Origin: Amphiscolops sp. MND2022
Taxonomy: Eukaryota
DNA length: 64,000 nucleotides
Assembly (NCBI GenBank): GCA_964187785.1
Contig: OZ076409.1
Span: 61,010,001 to 61,074,000 of the forward strand
Direction of reading: 5' to 3'
The position numbers and the translations under genes were made by a program. A model generated the notes under the pieces. It was not told the origin of the DNA, did not search any database, and worked only from the letters and a program-made list of their open reading frames with translations. Of this stretch, positions 58,809 through 64,000 are shown one piece after another. Numbering within the stretch: position 1 is the stretch's first letter; the number at the start of each line of letters is the position of its first letter.

Positions 58809-61800
58809 CGCAGGGCTATCCGGGCGAGATGTCTGGAGTGCAACGTAATTGAAGCAGTCAACACCAGCATCATGATGAATTTACTCGTAATTGTGCTTGT
58901 AAATTATACTGCATTATGCGGTTTGTATCAAACAGCATATGCGGTATTATCGACAAAACAGCATAATGATTTCATACGTACTTCTGCTTATGCGTTATGC
59001 TGCATTAGGAGGTTTTCATAGAGCAACTTATGCGGTATTTCAATCAAAACAGCATAATGATTCGTCACTCTGGTGCTCACACATTTTATGATTTACTATA
59101 CATTTTATGCGGTAATTTCACAAAAACTGCATGATGTGTGTATTCAAAAACAGCATATTGAACACCAGCAGGACAGTGCTAGCGAATTATACTGCATTAT
59201 GCAGTTTGCATAAAACAGATTATGCGGTTTTACTAGAAAAACAGCATAAAATCTACACGTGTGTTCATGCATACAATTCACGTCAGAGTATGCGGAAATT
59301 CTATTAAAACAGCATGATGATCTAGATCAAAAACAGCATGATGATCTTAATCAGAAAAAGCATAATGATCATTCACACTGGCGCTCACATATTATGATGT
59401 GTCATAAGGGCTTATGCGGAAACTTCAGAAAAACAGCAAGATGATTAATAGTGAAAACAGCATAATGATTATATGTGCGGCGGCGCTAGTGTATTATACT
59501 GCAATATGCGGTTTTCATAAGACAGTGAATGCGGAATTATGACAACAATCAGCATAATCTGCAAAAAACCCGCGGTAATGCGCCGCTACTAGAGTGCTTT
59601 AATCAAACTTTCTAGGGACATGACGTAACGATTTATTTTTAAATTCTGACCTTTGAAACATAACGATATGATCATTTGCCTAAAAATTACGGTCATGCTA
59701 TTAACAATTCCCGCCAATGGAATCATTTGAAGAGAGACCCTTTGAAAAATCATTTCATAGCCGTCATTCCACAAAAATCTCAAATACAGCGCAGTCACTC
59801 AATTTCACAAACAACCCACAATCCCCAAACTCTGCAGTTTTGTTCCTCTGTAAAGATAGCTTCTACAGTTTCATTTCACCCAAATATCTTTGTAATTCAA
59901 AGATTTTCTCACTCAGCACTGTTTTCATCATGAGAAACAAGAAAAATAGACGTTCAAGGAGAGTAGAATCTCAGTCGTCAGACAGAGACGAAAATACATC
60001 AGAAACAAACTTCACTCAAGGTAATGCAACTTTGGTTGATGTTTCTGATAATGTCAATAAAATTTTTGACAGGAACTTAGGTAGCGAACTAACAGACTCT
60101 TCGCAAATCAGTAATGTGATAAACGCAATCACCCAGAGATTGTCTGAGAAAAACAGCCATAAAATGACACAAATTGAACAACATGTGAACAGAAAATTCG
60201 AAGAGATACTCAAAGAAATCAGAACAGAATGAGACAGCAGTTTAGAAATGATGAAGAGGATGCTGAGAACAACAGACCCAGTACTTCATATTCAGAAAAC
60301 AAGTCTCTCAGGAGAAAACACGCATCAAATAATGAAATCGATAAAGACAAAAATCAGGATAATCGCTTTCAGGCTTCAGAAATGTATGAACTGAGGCAGT
60401 CGTAAACTCCTTTTGGAGTTGTAATTGAGACCTTAGATGACACAAAAATAATAAACGAAAACAGACAGGAAGCCGATCATCACATGGTGACAGGAGTGGG
60501 AGGTTTGGCCGATTATCACATGGTGACGGGACCTACCAAGAATATCCTGAGACAAAGTTTTAACAAAACAAACATCACAAATACACTTGAACGAAACGCA
60601 GAACATCTTTGCCTCAAGCATCCTGAACTGCCAGACCCCGTCGATCAGATTCCCCAAGCAATTGGGAAGCTTGCAAGGAAAAATCGAAAACCTTCGACGT
60701 CAAATGATTTAAACTAACAACGACACGCCTTCACACTAAATTACCATACCAAAAAAAAACAAAACTCAGGTTTAAAGTGATAGCATCCGCTGAGCCTGAA
60801 ACCCATAAAAAGTACACTAATAGAAAACGAACCTACGACTACAAAACCACGACCCCTAACACCTGACACTCCTTCTGAGGACCTGTATGCATTATACAAG
60901 GACGCCCTAGACATCTACATACTACGAGAAAAATTTGCAAGCAAAATTGAACAAGAAACACAAAACCAACACCTAAATCAACAATCTACATCAACTCAAA
61001 ACATCTACAACTCAAACTGAAGATTAAACTCACTTTTCAAGTCATGGTAGGAAATGGCCAACTTGAACGCCCCATTGGAACAACCCTCCTCGAATTCCAG
61101 GTAGCTGATTTTCAATTCCAACAAAACTTCATCGTGATGTTCAAAAAGATGACACACTTCTTTCTCAAGATGACTTGTGTACCCACAAGAGGGACACTAA
61201 CTTTGGATCTAGGTCTTATGATTCTGAGCAGGAAAAAACAGTGACCAAGCAGAGGACATTGTTGAAAATGAATCGATTCGTCAACCTGAAATATACCAAA
61301 CACCCACCCACCCTCGATATTTCAAAAAAAGGGACCCCGGCAGAACTGCCTGCCGTGAATAACAATGAATCACAAAAGGTTCAAAAAACTACAGAAATCG
61401 AAAATCATGAGCCCAGATTCTATCAAGAATTCCAGAAAATTCCCAATTTAACCCTACCCAAACTCCTATCAAATCTCCCGAAAACAACCAAGAAACTGAT
61501 ACAAAAGAAACAAAAGAATTTGTAATTACATGAGAAGATGCCAGCGAGTCGGAGATAGGAGAAGACATGGGACCAAATCTTGTACAGGTAGTCAAGCGTT
61601 TTTACAGACTCTTCATGGCTGAATTCGGAGCTGGAGACGGCCTAAAACAAATAGGGAGGTTGAGCCTGGATGAAAACGTGAAGATCGAGAGGAGCTAGAA
61701 CACAAACAAAATTCCAAATACAGGAAGCTGAAACCGATCAGAAACAAAAGTTGTCCGATCAAAATTGTAGGAACCTGCTCAATTCTCACTTTGAATTCTG

Positions 61801-62352
61801 GAGTCGACTCAAAAAAATTTGTTCATCACTTGGAACAAGGAACCCTAAAATGGATCTTTGAAGAGCTGATGAAAAACGAAATGTGTTCAGGACAGGAAAC
61901 CCGAAAATGGACCTGTTGAATGCTGACGAAAATACAAAACTTGTTCATCACTTTGTATAGAAAACCCGGAAGGAAACCTGTTATAAAGCTGATGTGAATT
62001 TAAATACGAATGTTTTCTTCTATTAGAAAATAGGTGAAAATGTTTGAAAATACAGACGTTTTGTTGGTGACTCGATTTCTTCATCATATCCAGATATTTT
62101 CTCCCTTTTCGAAGTGATGATTTGGCTGTTCGAAAAGATATAACGGGTTGTTCGAATTGTGAACCCTGAGAACTAAGTGAACAACACGAGGAGCAATCAC
62201 AAAGGTCAGAAGGTAGAACTGTTGACAGTAAAAACAATGAGGTGTCAAAGCAGATGACGACCAAGAGACTATACGAGATCGACACGTACAATCGTGGGCA
62301 TTCATCGATGGACTCGGAGCGGCGTAGATCTGCTTCAAACAAGCTGGACTAA
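58809..62352 (+). mobile_element. Degenerate non-autonomous gypsy derivative, tandem unit 1
   Basis: Leader rich in CAGCAT(A/G)ATGA and TATGCGG micro-repeats; gag-like N-terminus (MRNKKNRRSRR..); protease remnant MVGNGQLERPIGTTLLEFQVADFQF at 61044, similar to MVANGQLETPK in 54086-55372. Confidence 0.7.
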
Positions 62353-64000
62353 CGCAGGGCTATCCGTGCTAGATGTGTGGAGTGCAACGTAATTGAAGCA
62401 GTCAACGCCAGCATCATGATGAATTTACACGTAATTGTGCTTGTAATTTATACTGCATTATGCGGTTTGTATAATATTTCAATCAAAACAGCATAATGAT
62501 TCGTCACACATATTATGTTGCTCACACATATTATGATGTACTATACTGTTTATGCGGTAATTTCACAAAAACAGTATGATGTGTGTATTCAAAAACAGCA
62601 TACTGAACACCAGCAGGACAGTGCTAGCGAATTACACTGCATGATGCGGTTTGCATAAAACAGAATATGCGGTTTTAATGAAAACAGCATAAAATCTGCA
62701 CGTGTGTTCATGCATACAATTCACGTCACAGTATGCGGAAATTCTATTAAAACAGCATGATGATCTAAATCAAAAACAGCATGATGATCTTAATCAGAAA
62801 AAGCATAATGATCATTCACACTGGCGCTCACATATTATGATGTGTCATAAGGGCTTATGCGGAAACTTCAGAAAAACAGCATGATGAATAAAAGTGAAAA
62901 CAGCATAATGATTAAATGCGCGGCGGCGCTAGTATATTATACTGCAATATGCGGTTTTTATGACAACAATCAGCATAATCTGCAACAAAACCCGCGGTAA
63001 TGCGTCGCTACTACAGTGCTTTATTGAAACTTTCTCGTGACATGATGTAACGATTTATTTTTACCTTCGGACTGTAGAAACATAACGTTATGATGATTTG
63101 CCTAAAAATGACGGTCATGCTGTTAAAATTTCCCGCCAATGGAATCATTTGAAGAGAGACCCTTTAAAAAATCATTTTATAACCATCATTCCACAAAAAT
63201 CTCAAAAACAGCGCAGTCACTCAATTTCACAAACAACCCACAATCCCAAAACTCTGCAGTTTTGTTCCTCTGTAAAGATAACTTCTACAGTTTCCTTTCA
63301 CCCAAATATCTTTGTAATTCGAAGATTTTCCCACTCAACTCTGTTTTCATCATGAGAAACAAGAGAAATAGACGTTCAAAGAGAGCAGAATCTCAGTCAT
63401 CAGACAGAGACGAAAATACATCAGAAACAAGCTTCACTCAAGGTAATGCAACTTTGGTTGATGTTTCTGATAATGTCAATAAAATATTTGACAGGAACTT
63501 AGGTAGCGAACTAACAGACTCTTCGCAAATCAGTAATGTGATAGAAGCAATAACCCAGAGATTGTCTGAGAAAAACAGCCATAAAATGACACAAATTGAA
63601 CAACATCTGAACAGTAAATTCGAAGAGATACTCAAAGAAATCAGAACAGAATGAGACAGCAGTTTAGAAATGATGAAGAGGATGCTGAGAACAACAAACC
63701 CAGTACTTCATATTCAGAAAACAAGTCTCTCAGGAAAAAACACGCATCAAATAATGAAATCGATAAAGACACAAATCAGGATAGTCGCTTTCAGGCTTCA
63801 GAAATGTACGAACTAAGGCAGCCATCAATCCCTTTTGGAGATGTAAATGAGACCTTAGATGACACAAATATAATAAACGAAAACAGACAGGAAGCCGAAT
63901 ATCACACTTGGAAAACTGGTCGAAAAGCAACTTGGCAAAACTACAAAAATACAACGGCGGAAAGCTCTTCAAATACCGAAACAAACTAACATCAGTCAAA
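62353..64000 (+). mobile_element. Tandem unit 2 of the same derivative (runs off window)
   Basis: Restarts with CGCAGGGCTATCCG as at 58809; ORF 63139-63654 is highly similar to 59717-60232. Confidence 0.75.

Overview
AT-rich eukaryotic DNA, probably from an invertebrate animal: it has GT-AG spliceosomal introns, many Ty3/gypsy relics and one 200-N scaffold gap. The window has two parts. (1) About 1.8-34.5 kb is a modular island built on two ~200-bp repeat families. Family A has a 199-bp unit, and family B has a 200-201-bp unit containing a 22-bp-arm hairpin. These repeat blocks sit in both orientations between genes and inside their introns. The island carries an intact ~1200-aa protein with RAG1/Transib-type DDE motifs and a C-terminal BRCT-like domain, bracketed by inverted repeat blocks. 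It also carries a 7-exon C2H2-finger/JmjC demethylase-like gene, a 4-exon SET methyltransferase-like gene with a possible inactive tyrosine-recombinase domain, a small RING gene and unknown ORFs. I read it as a large RAG/Transib-like DNA element carrying a histone writer/eraser/E3 toolkit, which is an inference. (2) About 36-64 kb consists of degenerate gypsy elements. These include a ~14.4-kb head-to-tail unit with an antisense, intron-containing hAT-like gene, and a tandem non-autonomous derivative. All domain calls come from reading motifs by eye; no searches were run.
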